Assembly: GCA_951406725.2 (NCBI GenBank)
Contig: OX597816.1
Coordinates: 57,164,001 to 57,228,000, forward strand
Length of the DNA stretch: 64,000 nt
Source of the DNA: Octopus vulgaris
Lineage: Eukaryota
Reading direction: 5' to 3'
Shown in pieces: positions 1 through 13,689 of this stretch (positions are counted from its first letter, which is position 1; each line of letters opens with the position of its first letter). The translations under genes and the position numbers were made by a program. The notes beneath the pieces are model-generated. The model did not search any database. It had not been told where the DNA came from and saw nothing but the letters and a program-made list of their open reading frames with translations.

Positions 1-330
1 ATTTCCTGACATCGCGGTTAGGTGGGTGTTCAGATGAATCGGTTCGAATTTAGAGAAAAACTGAAACAATTCGAGCAATATCAAATCGTCAAGCGAGTGC
101 CACCATGAGGCAGAGGCCCACTGGGCAGATGTCCAGCGAGGGACAGGAGGAACGAGTCTAAAAGGGGCCGTTGTTAATGTGTGTTGTGTATGAAGAAGCT
201 TCATTGCAGGGTTTCACCTTCGAGGGCCTATAATCCTGTTAAAACGGCACTAGTCTAGTCTTGTCTTATAAAATGTACATCATATATTTGCTGATGATTT
301 TTAACATAAGTTAATTTACTAAGAAACATG
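1..330 (+). mobile_element. Possible degenerate Penelope-like element 3' end (window-truncated)
   Basis: Frame from 27 reads CSDESVRI* and, after a frameshift, ECHH. This weakly resembles CIAERVRTL...CLH in the PLE remnant at 38.8-39.2 kb. It is followed by CTGATGA (291-297), a ttaac/gttaa hairpin and GAAAC (323-327). Confidence 0.3.
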
Positions 331-346
331 ATGATGATGATGATGA

Positions 347-810
347 TTCTTTTATTAGCCACAAGGGCTCACGTACAAAACATTAATTGACATACAACAA
401 CACAGACAAAAACAGGACGATACAATGGGTTTTCAGCATGTATACAATGTAATAACAATAAAAATTGAACAAATTAAAACTCCCAATAGGGGAGGCGCTT
501 TAAAGTCCTCGTGGAAAACCCCACAAAGGCCACGGGTGCCTGAACAACAGGGCAAGAGCCCTTCTCGTTTTTTTTTTTTACAGGTGCACGCTCAGAATTG
601 GTCCTTTCACACTGGCCATTCTTCCAATATTCACCTACCTTTCAACAAACTTGCTAGAAGGCAACACTTCCCTTTCCACTCTCAAATTAATTTTCAAGTG
701 AAACTTGGAAAAGTTGATGGGGGCTTGGCCAAAGAGGAAAGTGTCTGTCTTAAGCCCTTTCAAACGGGTCCACCATACTACCTCTTTTGCTACAGCCACT
801 AGACAAGTAA
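347..810 (-). mobile_element. Tx1/L1-clade LINE 3' end (ORF2 C-terminus plus 3' UTR)
   Basis: Minus strand reads approximately VAKEVVWWTRLK...KFHLKINLRVEREVLPSSKFVER. The UTR (ctattgggagttttaattg...agcccttgtggctaataaa) matches 45100-45415. Confidence 0.65.
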
Positions 811-824
811 GAATTGCCTGCTCC

Positions 825-1257
825 TCCCGACAGAACGATCCAGGTTAATCGACCAGACATAATTATTAAAAACGGAGAAGAAAATACTTGTACACTAATA
901 GATGTAGGTGTTCCCACTGATAAAAAGTACATCTGTAAAGAAATTTGACAAACTAAGTGAATATAAGGAGCTGCAAATTGAAATACAAATGATGTGGCTT
1001 CTTAAAGCTAGATTTGTTCCAGTTATTGTAGTTGCCCTTGATATGATAAAAAAAAAAGGGATGTCAGAAACATCTGGAAATAGGAGAAAAACCTATCTGT
1101 TTAAATGTCTGTGTTGTATTAAATGAAGATATTTCTCTACTTCCCCTCCTCAAGCTTTGTCATACTGTAACATCTCTTATCCTTCACTCGCCCCAGGACA
1201 CTGGGTGTGTCTCGGCAACTGACTGTAACAAACATGCAGATTAAAAGTAAAAATGAT
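825..1257 (+). mobile_element. R4/Dong-type non-LTR retrotransposon 3' fragment (restriction-like endonuclease, RLE)
   Basis: DRTIQVNRPDIIIK...LIDVGVPTD, then KFDKLSEYKELQIEIQMMWLLKARFVPVIV: a PD-(D/E)xK RLE pattern. The 3' UTR is shared with the copy at 2978-3995. Confidence 0.8.
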
Positions 1258-1258
1258 A

Positions 1259-1399
1259 ATACATTATTTACATTTGACTGTTATTGTCCTCATCTTGTTT
1301 GTTCTTAACTCAACGTTTCGGCTGATATACCTTCAAGCTTTCACCAGGTATCTTGGAGAAATTTAGAACCTGGGTGCTCATTCTTAAGGCATTTTTCGA

Positions 1400-1485
<86 letters not shown>

Positions 1486-1539
1486 TCACTGCCTGGAATC
1501 GAACTCAGAATCTTGGGGTTAGTAACCCGCGCTCTTAAC
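1259..1539 (-). mobile_element. tRNA-derived SINE with internal (TAA)n and hammerhead-like tail, copy 1 (5' clipped)
   Basis: B-box GAGTTCGATTCC, (TAA)n spacer, and a tail containing CTGGTGA...cagccGAAACGTT. Homologous to 1541-1786 and 60612-60930. Confidence 0.8.
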
Positions 1540-1540
1540 T

Positions 1541-1574
1541 CCAAGATTCCGAGTTCGATTCCAGGCAGTGCCCC

Positions 1575-1606
<32 letters not shown>

Positions 1607-1786
1607 TCGAAAAATACCTTAGGGGTGAGAACCCCGGCTCGAAATTTTCCCCAAGACACCAAATAAAGGCTGGAGGGTATATCAGCCGAAATGTTGTGTT
1701 AACAACAAACAAGATGAGGACAAATATCCGTCAAATGTAAATAATGTATGGTACATAATTCCTCCTCTCTTAAATATAAAATTGTA
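1541..1786 (+). mobile_element. tRNA-derived SINE with hammerhead-like tail, copy 2 (head-to-head with copy 1)
   Basis: ccgagttcgattccaggcagtg, (AAT)n, then acaccaaataaaggctggagggtatatcagccgaaatgttgtgtt. Confidence 0.8.
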
Positions 1787-1811
1787 TTAATAATAATAAT
1801 AATAATAGTAA

Positions 1812-2310
1812 TACCTGATGCAATACCAGCCACTGGCTCCCATAGTTTCTGATCTTAATTGATATAAAAGATAAAATATTCTGCTCAGTACCATAGATTT
1901 TCTTGCCAGTTGCTTGACCCTAACTGTTCGAATGGGACCTCTTATACAAGTGCTTGACCTGCTAAAAGTAGCTGTCAAATTTCTCATTTCAGACACTACC
2001 ATTTAAAAAAAATGGGAAGGACATATTGGTGGCTGACGATATGTGCACCTCTGATCATAGGCACGTGTGTTCAGAGGAATCTTTTGGGTTTGAATAATTC
2101 ACCTCAGGAAGCATGGGTATTTCAATCAACATCCTGAAACAACCCTTATTCAGGGACCTTTTGAGCGGGATGGGCATCTCGACCGGAAAAAAATTCTAAC
2201 CTGTAAGGTCATGCGCTGTTTGCCTTGATATAAGATCGCCAAGTCGCGCACATATGGTTGTGATGCATGTGTCTGGTGTACCCTTATCAGACAGGTAGTC
2301 ATGATCAAGA
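1812..2310 (-). mobile_element. Non-autonomous interspersed repeat, interrupted at about 1925-2030 by another SINE-like fragment
   Basis: Shares ctgatgca(a/g)taccag...ctgatcttaa...gcttg(c/t)cagttg and ggctgac(g/c)atatgtgca with 5258-5500. Shares aagggtacaccag...catgcatcacaaccatatgtg with 44108-44172. Confidence 0.6.
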
Positions 2311-2549
2311 AAGGTTGGGACAAATTTTTTGACCAGATCCCTACGAAAGCAACAGTCTGAGATTCAAAACAGTGTGTTGACATCAGCAGCCCGCATTCTC
2401 AGGAAGTTTCTCTCCATCTGATATATACGTGCCTTAGGTCTCTGGTTGAGACCCTGCCGGAAGATGAAATAAAATGCAAATCAATCGGAAAAAGTAATAA
2501 TAATAATAATAATGGTGGTGGTGGTCGACAAGATGCATCATATGTGCTA

Positions 2550-2900
2550 TATAGTTGATGTTGCATGCCCCTTTGACTCACGAATAGTCAAGAAGAAAGG
2601 CGAAAAAATAGTACAACCCTTTTAAGTACGAAATAGCCCGGCTATGGAAAATGAAGACGGTGAAGATAGTGCCAATTATTGTTGGGTCCTTCGGAAGAGT
2701 ATCAGAAAGCATCAAGGAGAATGTAAAGGAAACTGGAATTGTGCCCAGTAGAACTGTTACAAAAGCTTTGCCTCCTTGGCACAATAATGGGAAAAGTATT
2801 AGATAACTGAAAAGAGCGAATACCCTGGTACCGTAGGATGGAGGTAGTAAGCGCATTACTCATGCAAGACTCCAGGAGCTCCAACAAAACCTGTGATAGA
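2550..2900 (+). mobile_element. R4/Dong-type RLE 3' fragment (second family)
   Basis: DVACPFDSRIVKK...KYEIARLWKMKTVKIVPIIVGSFG...ELLQKLCLLGT...GKVLDN*, with frameshifts. Confidence 0.75.
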
Positions 2901-2977
2901 AAAAAAATAATAATGATAATATTTAATTTATTTGCCACTAGGGCGAAGGGTGGAAAATATATGAAATCATTATTACT

Positions 2978-3995
2978 GTTGTTATTTACATTTAATTTGC
3001 ATGTTTGTTACAATCACTTGCCGAGGCACACCCAGTGTCCTAGGGTGAGTGAAGGATAAGTTTGACTGAAAGCTTGAGGAGGTGAAGTGACAGGGGCAGA
3101 GCAAAATATCTCCATGTAATACAACACAAACATTTAAATTGACAGGGTTTTTCTAAGGATGTGGGCAATACTTGTCAGCACAATCTTTTGGATTTCTCTG
3201 AGACATAGTTCTCTTGGGATCTTATCTAGATGTTTCTGACATCCCTTTTTTTTATCATACCTAGGGCACCCTCAATAACAGAAACAGTTCACGCTTTAAG
3301 ATGCCACATCTTTTGTATTTCAATTTCCAGGTCCTTATATTTACTTTATTTGTCAAATTCCTTTACAGATATATTTTTTATCAGTAGGAACACTTGCATC
3401 TATTAGTCTACAATATTTCTAATGACTATGTCAGGTCGATTATCCTGGATCATTCTGTCATTGTTGACTAGAAAATCCCACAGGATAGTGACATCTTTAC
3501 CTTGAACGACTGGCTCAGGATGATGTTCATACCTGTAAGCAGAAGAGCCGATTTTATTGTATTTACATATTTTCTAATGTAAATACTGTCCTAGCGATTT
3601 TTGTATTCGTTGGAAGTCAGCACAGGACATCTTGAGACGAGATGGTTTATTGTTTTGTCAAATGTACCGCAGAATCTGCATTCAGAAGATTTTGAAGAAC
3701 GTTAGCCTGGTAGTTTTTTGTAAGCAAGATTTGATCTTGTGCCACCAATATGAAACCTTCAGTGTCTGCTTTCAGTCCTGAACTTCTTAGCCACTAATGG
3801 GTTGTTGTTTGATCTACATCAGCATTTTGACTTCGAAGTGTATACTTTCCATGCAGAAGCGTCTGGCTCCATCGCTCTTCAATTTGTTTCTGCCTGTTCT
3901 TTTTTGCAGTTCGGCGAAGTGCTGCTGAAACTCTGTACACATCTGCTTGGATTCGTGTAGCATATGCCCGACCTGGCCCATCAAAGATCAAATTG
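2978..3995 (-). mobile_element. R4/Dong-type retrotransposon 3' ~1 kb (linker, CCHC knuckle, RLE, UTR), degraded
   Basis: WSQTLLHGKY...WLRSSGLKADTEGFILVAQDQ...CRFC...TINHLVSRC...ILWDF...NRPDIV...KYKDLEIEIQKMW. The UTR matches 1175-1255. Confidence 0.85.
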
Positions 3996-4039
3996 TGAAT
4001 TTGTTGCTACGTTGCACCTCTGCCACCTGGGCCCATTAA

Positions 4040-5030
4040 ACAGCTTTCGCCCCCTCATGTTTTAGAGCACCCGCCCTAGCTCTGACAACGCAACCTTCAT
4101 GCTTGGCATCGAAGAATTGATCAAGAGCCAATCTGGCCGCCGTCACGTCAGTCGCGATGCCGCTCCTAACCGCCTCTTCTAGCTTTCTATCTCCCCCTCT
4201 ATAGTAGATCCCCCTTAGGCTATTTCCTTACTGAATCCTACTGCCTCTATTCTAATAGCCCTTTTCAGGGCTACACCAACGGTTGTTAACGATTGCGCCC
4301 TCCAACTTCTGATGAACTAGCTTGCTAACCCGGTTTCTGGATACCTGACGCGCTGGGAAAAAGGCGTTCAGCTTCCAGTACCCGAGGCTCTGCCCATGGA
4401 TCTTATCTAGGTCGACTGTACAGATCACAAATTTGTGGTCTGTGTAGCCGACGACTTTGAACTGTGGACAACCTATGCTACTTCCATCTATTGGCCTACA
4501 GAAAAGCCTATCTAAATACGATCTGGAAGACCTGTGCTGTTTGCTCATGTCCACATTGGCGCATTCGGGAAGTCAAGTTGGTACCTGTGAGCCAATTAGA
4601 AACGACTGAACAGGTATCCGAGGCTTTTGCATCTCTCTCTCTTATCGGCTAGTCCCACCCTATCCAAGCGTGCATCCAAAATGGTGTCCAATCGCCCACT
4701 AAAACTAAAGATCGAGATGTCCCAAGGAAAATCTCCAAGCGTCTGAAGAAATCTAGCTGCCCTGCTCCAGTTGGGGCGTACAAAGCAACTAGTCTGAAAG
4801 CACCACGTTCCCTGTTGTTCACATACAGGACCACCAACTTACCTTCCGGGTCCAGTTAGATCTTCCGTACTTCGAGATCCAGACTTTTTCTAAACAACAC
4901 TGCCCCTCGCTCCTTGCATTCCAGGCCGACTAAGAGAGGCATAGATCTTGAAATCGTCAAAAATAGCAGCCAGATCGCGTGTGTCGGAAATCCTGGTTTC
5001 GCTGACGGCTGTCACATCATTATTGACCTG
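4040..5030 (-). mobile_element. Tx1/L1-clade LINE, apurinic-type endonuclease region of ORF2, degraded
   Basis: AVSET, FRLVALYAP, LVLVGDW, SYLDR, GYTDHKFV and GYWKLNA motifs across ORFs 4252-4554, 4649-4837 and 4890-5141. Confidence 0.85.
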
Positions 5031-5257
5031 AGGTTTTTGAGCAGAATACCCTGCTTCTAGGGCGACCCCAAGCCACGAATATTTATACCATCTACTCTTA
5101 AACACCTCATGATAATCGGACAGAATTTCGAGGAGACACAAAGACGCGTCTACTTACCATTAGGATGTCGCTGGAAATCAGGTGGCTCAACGTCCATGTG
5201 TTGCTGGGGTTCTTCTGGGAACTCCTTTAAAAGCCTCCTCGTGATCTTTTACATTAG

Positions 5258-5500
5258 GCCCTGATGCAGTACCAGGCACTGGCTCTCATGGCTTCTGATC
5301 TTAACTGATTGGAAGTGTTATCATATACATTGTTTTGTCTTGGTATAAAAAATAGGGTACAGCAAATATTCTGCTCAATAACACAGATTTGCTTGTCAGT
5401 TGTTTGACCGTAACCAGTTGAGCATGTCCCTTAGTGGCTGACCATATGTGCATCTCTGATCACGAGCAGAAGTTGTATTGGGGAGCATCATAGCATTTTG
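5258..5500 (-). mobile_element. Non-autonomous repeat, same family as 1812-2310
   Basis: Direct sequence similarity to 1812-1925 and 2030-2060. Confidence 0.6.
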
Positions 5501-5919
5501 AGTGTTGTGGTAAGAGCAGCAATTGCCACAGGAACAGCTGTTATATTAGTTTTCCCATCAAACTATTCATCTCCCTCACTAGGTCCCTCCTCTCTCTTTC
5601 TCACACACACACACTTCCTGCGCTCTCTCTCTCGCATCGCTCTCTTTTTCTCTATATTTCTCTGTAACCCTTCTCACTCTCTCGTTCCCTCACTCTCTAT
5701 CTCTCTCTATCTCTCCTTGAAACATTGAAACATAAATGATTTTACATAATGTATACAAATCTTGTTAATCTTCAAATGACATACATAATATACACACACA
5801 CACACATATACACACACTCACACACACCCATGTGTTCTCTTTCTCCCTTTCTCACCCCCTCTCTCTCAATAAATATGTATGTGTTTATAAATAAATATAT
5901 ATACACACACACATACCTA

Positions 5920-6015
5920 CATGTATGTATGTATGTATGTACGTAGGTATGTATGTATGTATGTATGTATGTATGTATGTATGTATGTATGTATGTATGT
6001 ATGTATGTGTGTATA
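5920..6015. repeat. (TATG)n microsatellite
   Basis: Visible tandem array. Confidence 0.95.
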
Positions 6016-6231
6016 TACTTCGCTCTGTCAGCCCTGCACGCTGACCTTTTCCTTCAGGTGTGAACACGTGTACACACACCACCGCCTTCTGCGAATTCCC
6101 ATACAAACCAGCAATTTTTTTCCTACACTCACATATAAACGCAAGAAAAGTCAAAAACATTCCCAGAAGGAAATATGCGTACACATCTACACACATACTG
6201 ATACACCCACACACACACATATATATGTATG

Positions 6232-6288
<57 letters not shown>

Positions 6289-6294
6289 ATATAT

Positions 6295-6440
6295 TTACGG
6301 CGGGCTTCTTTCAGTTTCCGTCTACTAAATCTACTCAAGAGCTCGGTCGGTAGAAGACACTTGCGCAAGGTGTCACGCAGTGGGACTGAACGCGGAACCA
6401 TGTGGTTAAGAAGTTCTTACCACGCAGCCACGCCTGCGCC

Positions 6441-6441
<1 letters not shown>
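6295..6441 (-). mobile_element. SINE family B (tRNA head, CORE-like body), 5' part
   Basis: Reverse of ggcgcaggcgtggctgcgtggtaag...ttcagtcccactgcgtgacaccttg. Homologous to the full copy at 38087-38480. Confidence 0.8.
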
Positions 6442-6477
<36 letters not shown>

Positions 6478-6494
6478 ATGTATGTATGTATATT

Positions 6495-6552
<58 letters not shown>

Positions 6553-7206
6553 GCACGCACACACACATATACGCATATACATATTTACATTTATAAATAT
6601 ATGTGTGTAAATGTGTGGGGGTATGTATATATATGCCTATATATACATATACATGTATGTGTATGTGCATACACATATATCCACGAACAAAAACACAAGA
6701 TGTTACATACATATATATATATACCCCGGTTATCACATATATACCCCACTTTCTCGCAGTCATACAAAAACACACACACAATTACACGCACTCACACACG
6801 TACGTACACACATTCTTATGCAACAGACCTAATAAACCAGTTTCTTGCTCAGCGTCTTTCTTCTCTCTTCAACTCTCAAAAAGCGGGGCTCAAGCTGAGC
6901 TCACCTGAAAACTTATTTCAGAACAAGTTTATTCTCACCTCCGTCCCTATTATTCATCTATTTTATTATTTTTTTTGTTGTTGTTGTTATTATTACATTC
7001 TCACCAAGGTTTGTCCAGAACGTTAATTAAGATCTTTTGTTAAACACCGACCCCTAGGGGAAACAACAATGTCGACTGGGACTCGTTTATAATTCACAGT
7101 TGATTGTATTAGACTACTGTTACGACGGCGATAGTATCCGCACAACGACGGCACCTCTATGTGGACAGTCTCTCAGTCTCTCAGACTACCAATATGTGTA
7201 CGCATT

Positions 7207-7347
7207 CGTTTATTCTTGTTTCAGTCATTTGACTGCGGCCATGCTGGAGCACCGCCTTTAGTCGAGCAAACCGACACCAAAGCTTATTCTTTAGTAAGTC
7301 TAGTACTTATTCTATCGGTCTCTTTTGCCGAACCGCTAAGTGACGGT
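7207..7347 (-). mobile_element. SINE family B, 3' part
   Basis: cttgtttcagtcatttgactgcggccatgctggagcaccgcctttagtcgagc...ttttgccgaaccgctaagt. Confidence 0.85.
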
Positions 7348-7384
7348 TGTCGGGTATACGAATAAGAATACTAGAGATACCCTT

Positions 7385-7468
7385 GGCCTGAAGAGTAGTC
7401 TGCAGTATACACCTCGCTTGGATATTTACCATTTCTGGGGTTCCGCTCGCTATGAAACATATGTTGCC
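7385..7468 (+). ncRNA. Candidate type I hammerhead ribozyme (PLE pLTR-like)
   Basis: ggc-CTGAAGA-gtag...ctat-GAAA-catatgt-T-gcc. Stem I ggc/gcc, stem II gtag/ctat, palindromic stem III ACATATGT. Confidence 0.55.
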
Positions 7469-7498
7469 CGGATCTTATCTACTCCATTCCTTAACTCT

Positions 7499-7583
<85 letters not shown>

Positions 7584-7765
7584 ATAAGAGAAAGGCAGAA
7601 ACAAGGAAAATGCCACTTATATTTGAACACTATACAAATATTCTTTTAAAAAAACTTTTCTTTTAATTTTTCTAAATTCAATTATTACAGTTGAAAAGGT
7701 CTCAAATGACTGAAACCGGTAAGTCTTTATAAAATTATTTTAGCATTTTCTATCTTGACTTGTTT

Positions 7766-9193
<1,428 letters not shown>

Positions 9194-9640
9194 TCTCTTA
9201 TTATAAAAGGCAGATTTTATCTGCCTCCCTTTGGGAGTTATACAAATCTACAATATAGGATTTCTTCAATTACAATTTACCTGGCATTTTTAAGAGTACA
9301 ATGCATCGCGTCATGCCAGGTCCAGTTTTTAAAATTTAAACTCCAATTAAGCAAAATTTACAGAAAACTCACATTCTGGTGTGTGTGTCAAATGCTTTTC
9401 TTAGTCTGGTTTACACCACACGCAAACGCACACACACAGTGTGCAACCAATAAAGTGAAACTAGATGTAATATTTGTTTCTCTCTATCACGCTGATAGAT
9501 ACATGAGTAAAATGTATGGGAAGCTAACACATAAGAGTGAGTGAAAATGTTCTTGGAAGAGAGTAAATAGCCAGAGATAGTGATTTGAGGTACATTAAAT
9601 AACCGTAGTGGCTTGTGTTAGTAATAAAGTAAACATACAC
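9194..9640 (+). mobile_element. Probable Helitron-like 5' fragment
   Basis: Begins TCTCTTATTATAAAAGGCAG directly after (TA)n, like the TC-start of the Helitrons at 10529 and 28715. No CTAG end was seen. Confidence 0.4.
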
Positions 9641-10027
9641 TCATACATACATACATACATACATACATACATACACACACACATACACACACACATACAT
9701 ACATACACACACACATACATACATACATACACACATACATACATACATACATACATATACATACATCTATATACATACATACATACACACACATACACAT
9801 ACACACAGTATTGAAGCTTGAGAACAATCAGATACATTTGCAACACATCTGTTGAAAATATTATTGTTCACACACATACATATACATATATACATACAGA
9901 CAGACAGACAGATAGACACACACACACACACACATGATCCAGCATGGCCACAACCTCAAGGCTGAAACATATAAAAGAATAACAGAATATAAATGTGTGC
10001 ATGTGTGTGAGAGAGAGAGTGTGTGTG

Positions 10028-10059
<32 letters not shown>

Positions 10060-10074
10060 TGTATGTATATATAT

Positions 10075-10515
10075 ATAATAATGCGGTTTTTTCAACAGCT
10101 TGAACTAAAAGTCAGAGGGGAATGGGATAAACTACTTATATTAACTTGCTATAAAAGCAGGTAGTAATTTTATCTTGTCCTTATTCATAGTGCAAGTTTT
10201 GAAGAGTGCATTTCGATTTTAACAGCTATTTTTTTCAAAGCTATATTGGAACAGCCTAGAAGACGAGCCTCATCCTGAAAGATCTGTAGAACTCGACAAG
10301 GACATCCTGAAAACCCTGGTGGAACAAAATCTCATCGTAACTGTTGAGGAACTAGCAGAGAAGCTTGGATTTGGTCATTCAACCATTCATTGAGACCTGT
10401 GTGCTATCGGAAAAGTCAGCAAATTGGGTCAATGGGTTCCTCACGAACTTTCCGAGTCTAATTGCATGCAGAGAGTGAATGTATGCTTTTCTTTGCTGTC
10501 ACATCTCACCACTAC
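10075..10515 (+). mobile_element. Mariner transposon fragment (5' UTR plus internally deleted HTH/linker)
   Basis: SLEDEPH...TVEELAEKLGFGHSTIH*...KLGQWVPHELS, containing the mariner WVPHEL motif. The UTR matches 34255-34475. Confidence 0.85.
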
Positions 10516-10528
10516 TGCGCTATGTATA

Positions 10529-11164
10529 TCTATATATATAAAACTGTAGTTGTGTGAGTGTCTGTCCCCTTCGATTTAGATTCCTAACTACTCCCACATT
10601 TTGCGGTGCAGTTTAACCAAATTCGGGTAGCTTATAGTCGTGATTCATATCGAGCCCGTCTGAGTATTAGCGCGCGTCTACGATGAGTCTACGATTTTAA
10701 AAATAATTTAACATCATTTTTTATTCCATTTTAATGCATAATTTTTCGTGTGTCGATGGCGGCGGAGTTGGCATCCACGCTCACACCTGCACCTGTGGGG
10801 AAGGGAGTGTAAGGAAATCAACGCCGTAATGCGTTGTCAAGGAGACCAGCGTTCGTTTAGAACAACGACTTCATGGCTTGAAGACACCAAAACAGAAATG
10901 GCTAAGAAAGCGTCTACATGAGTCTACGATTTAAAAAAAAATTTACCATCGTTTTTTTTCCATTTTAATGCATTTTTTCGCTACTATATAAGGGAAGTAA
11001 CTCTCTAAAAATGTCTACGATGAGTCAACGATTTTTCAAAAATTTACCATCATATTTTTTCCATTTTTAATGCATTTTTTGCTATTTTTTGGCTATAACT
11101 CTCTAAAAATGCTTATATAGTTATTTCCCTTACAAACCCGAGCAACGCCGGGCGATACTGCTAG
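10529..11164 (+). mobile_element. Complete non-autonomous Helitron
   Basis: 5' TC(TATATATATAAA), 3' hairpin cccgagcaacgccggg (11137-11152), CTAG end, inserted between A and T. Three internal ~60-bp repeats (gtctacgatgagtctacgatttt...) lie near 10675, 10910 and 11012. Confidence 0.9.
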
Positions 11165-11676
<512 letters not shown>

Positions 11677-12786
11677 TTGTAGTCGAAGGAGTAAATCCAG
11701 CCCAGCCAAAGTCAGCAGTGGTGTCCCGCAACGCACTGTGTTGGGCCCACTTCTCTTCATCATCTACATAAATGATATTACTGACACCATCAAACACAGT
11801 AACATCAGAACCTTCGCTGATGATTCCAAGCTCCAGAAGGTCATCAATGGCGTGGATGACCGAATAAGCCTTCAGTCAGACCTACTGGCTGTTGTCCTAT
11901 GGGCGGAAAAGACAACATGTTGCTAAACGAAGACAAATTCGAACTGATCCACTTTGGAAGGGAGGACGCTCTGAAACTCCCATACTCCCTTCCTTCTGGA
12001 GAAATTCTCATGGCGTCCAACAACATCAGAGACTTGGGAGTAACAGTGGACAACAACATAAGCTGGGCTACACATATAAGCAGCAAAGTTGACATGGCCC
12101 GCAGAATGTGTTCCTGGATTCTCAGAACCTTCCAGTCGAGAGATTCCCACACTATTATCCTTCTCTTCTCCACTTTTGCCCGACCCCACCTTGAATACTG
12201 CTGTCCACTGTGGTCTCCCTACACAAAACAAAATATTATGAGAATTGAAGCTCCCCAAAGGTCAATCACAAAAAAGATAGATGGCATGTCAGACCTTGAC
12301 TACTGGGGTAGACTAGAGAAGCTGAAACTGTATTCACTCCAACGACGCCGTGAACGCTACATTATCTGTATGATGTGGAAAATATTCCATCAGCACTGTC
12401 CGAATGATGTTGGCATCACCTTCAAAATACATCCAAGGCTTGGACCACGTGCCATCCGTCCACAACAAAAATCTAAATCGCATCACATAACGACAATACG
12501 GCACAATTATTTCACCTCAATTGGACCCGCTCTCTTCAACATTACACCAGGACACGTCAAAACAGAAACTGACCACACAAAATTCAAGAAGTCTTTGGAC
12601 AAATTCCTTCAAACAGTCCCGGACAAACCACCCACACCCGGATATGTCTCCGCAAACAATAACTCTCTGCTCGAATGGGCCTCGGTGCCCAAATCCTGAA
12701 TTGAAAGACTTCGCCAGGTGGTGCTATTAAGTTAGACATGGCCTGGGCCAATACTGGCCAAAACCTTTCTAAGTTATTCTAAGTTA
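11677..12786 (+). mobile_element. CR1-clade LINE, 5'-truncated (RT C-terminal half plus 3' tail)
   Basis: [20 protein letters not shown]...FADDSKL, then ORF 11899-12699 (RDLGVTVD, RPHLEYCCPLWSP, LYSLQRRRER, FKKSLDKFL). Frameshift near 11910. The tail ends ttctaagtta twice. Confidence 0.93.
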
Positions 12787-12932
12787 TATATATATATGTA
12801 TATATATGTATATATATATATGTATATATATGTATATATATATATGTATATATATATATGTATGTATATATATATATATATATGTATGTATATATATATA
12901 TGTGTGTGTATATATATATATGTATATATATA

Positions 12933-12979
<47 letters not shown>

Positions 12980-13017
12980 ATATATATATAAATATGTATA
13001 TATGTAAATATATATAA

Positions 13018-13060
<43 letters not shown>

Positions 13061-13120
13061 GTGCGTGTGTGTGTGTGTGGTGTGTGTGTATATACATGTG
13101 TGTGTGTGTGTGTGTTTGTG
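12787..13120. repeat. (TA)n/(TG)n microsatellite
   Basis: Visible array. Confidence 0.95.
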
Positions 13121-13400
13121 GGAGGCACATGGCCTAGTGGTTAGAGCAACGGACTCACGATCGAGGGATCGCGGGTTCGAATCTCAGACCGGGTGATGTG
13201 TGTGTTTATGAGCGAAACATATATGCCCCACGCGGCTCCTTCAGAAGGTAATAGTGAACTTCTGCTGACTCTTTCGCCACAACTTTCTCTCACTCTTTCC
13301 TCCTGCATCTTGCAGCTCACCTGCGACGGGCCGGCGTCTCGTCCAGGTGGGGAACATCTACGCCAAGGAAACCGGGAAACCGGCCCTCATGAGAAGGAAC
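13121..13400 (+). mobile_element. tRNA-derived SINE (third family)
   Basis: A-box TGGCCTAGTGG and B-box GGTTCGAATC. The tail reads cctgcgacgggccggcgtctcgtccagg...gaaaccggg. Confidence 0.75.
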
Positions 13401-13424
13401 AAACGTATATGCTTGTGTTTGGGT

Positions 13425-13600
13425 GTCTGTGCTCGTTCCCCCAGCCGCACCATCGCTTGACAACCGATGCTGGTGCATTTACGACCGATAGAATAAGTAC
13501 TAGGCTTACAAAGTATAAGTCACGGGGTCGATTTGTTCGACTAAAGGTGGGGCTCCAGCATGGCCACAGTCAAAATGACTGAAACAAATGAAAGAATAAA
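13425..13600 (+). mobile_element. SINE family B, 3' part
   Basis: gcttgacaaccgatgctggtg...accgatagaataagtactagg...ctccagcatggccacagtca. Confidence 0.8.
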
Positions 13601-13689
13601 GATGTGTATGTGTGTGTGTGTTCATTTACACTCGATAGAAAATATAAAGCATCATCGACCGTTCAGTGAGACCGAATTCACAAAATAAT

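Noticed and set aside
5258-5320. U2 snRNA fragment (cctggtactgca on the minus strand)
   Set aside because: Only about 12 nt of resemblance, inside a dispersed repeat.
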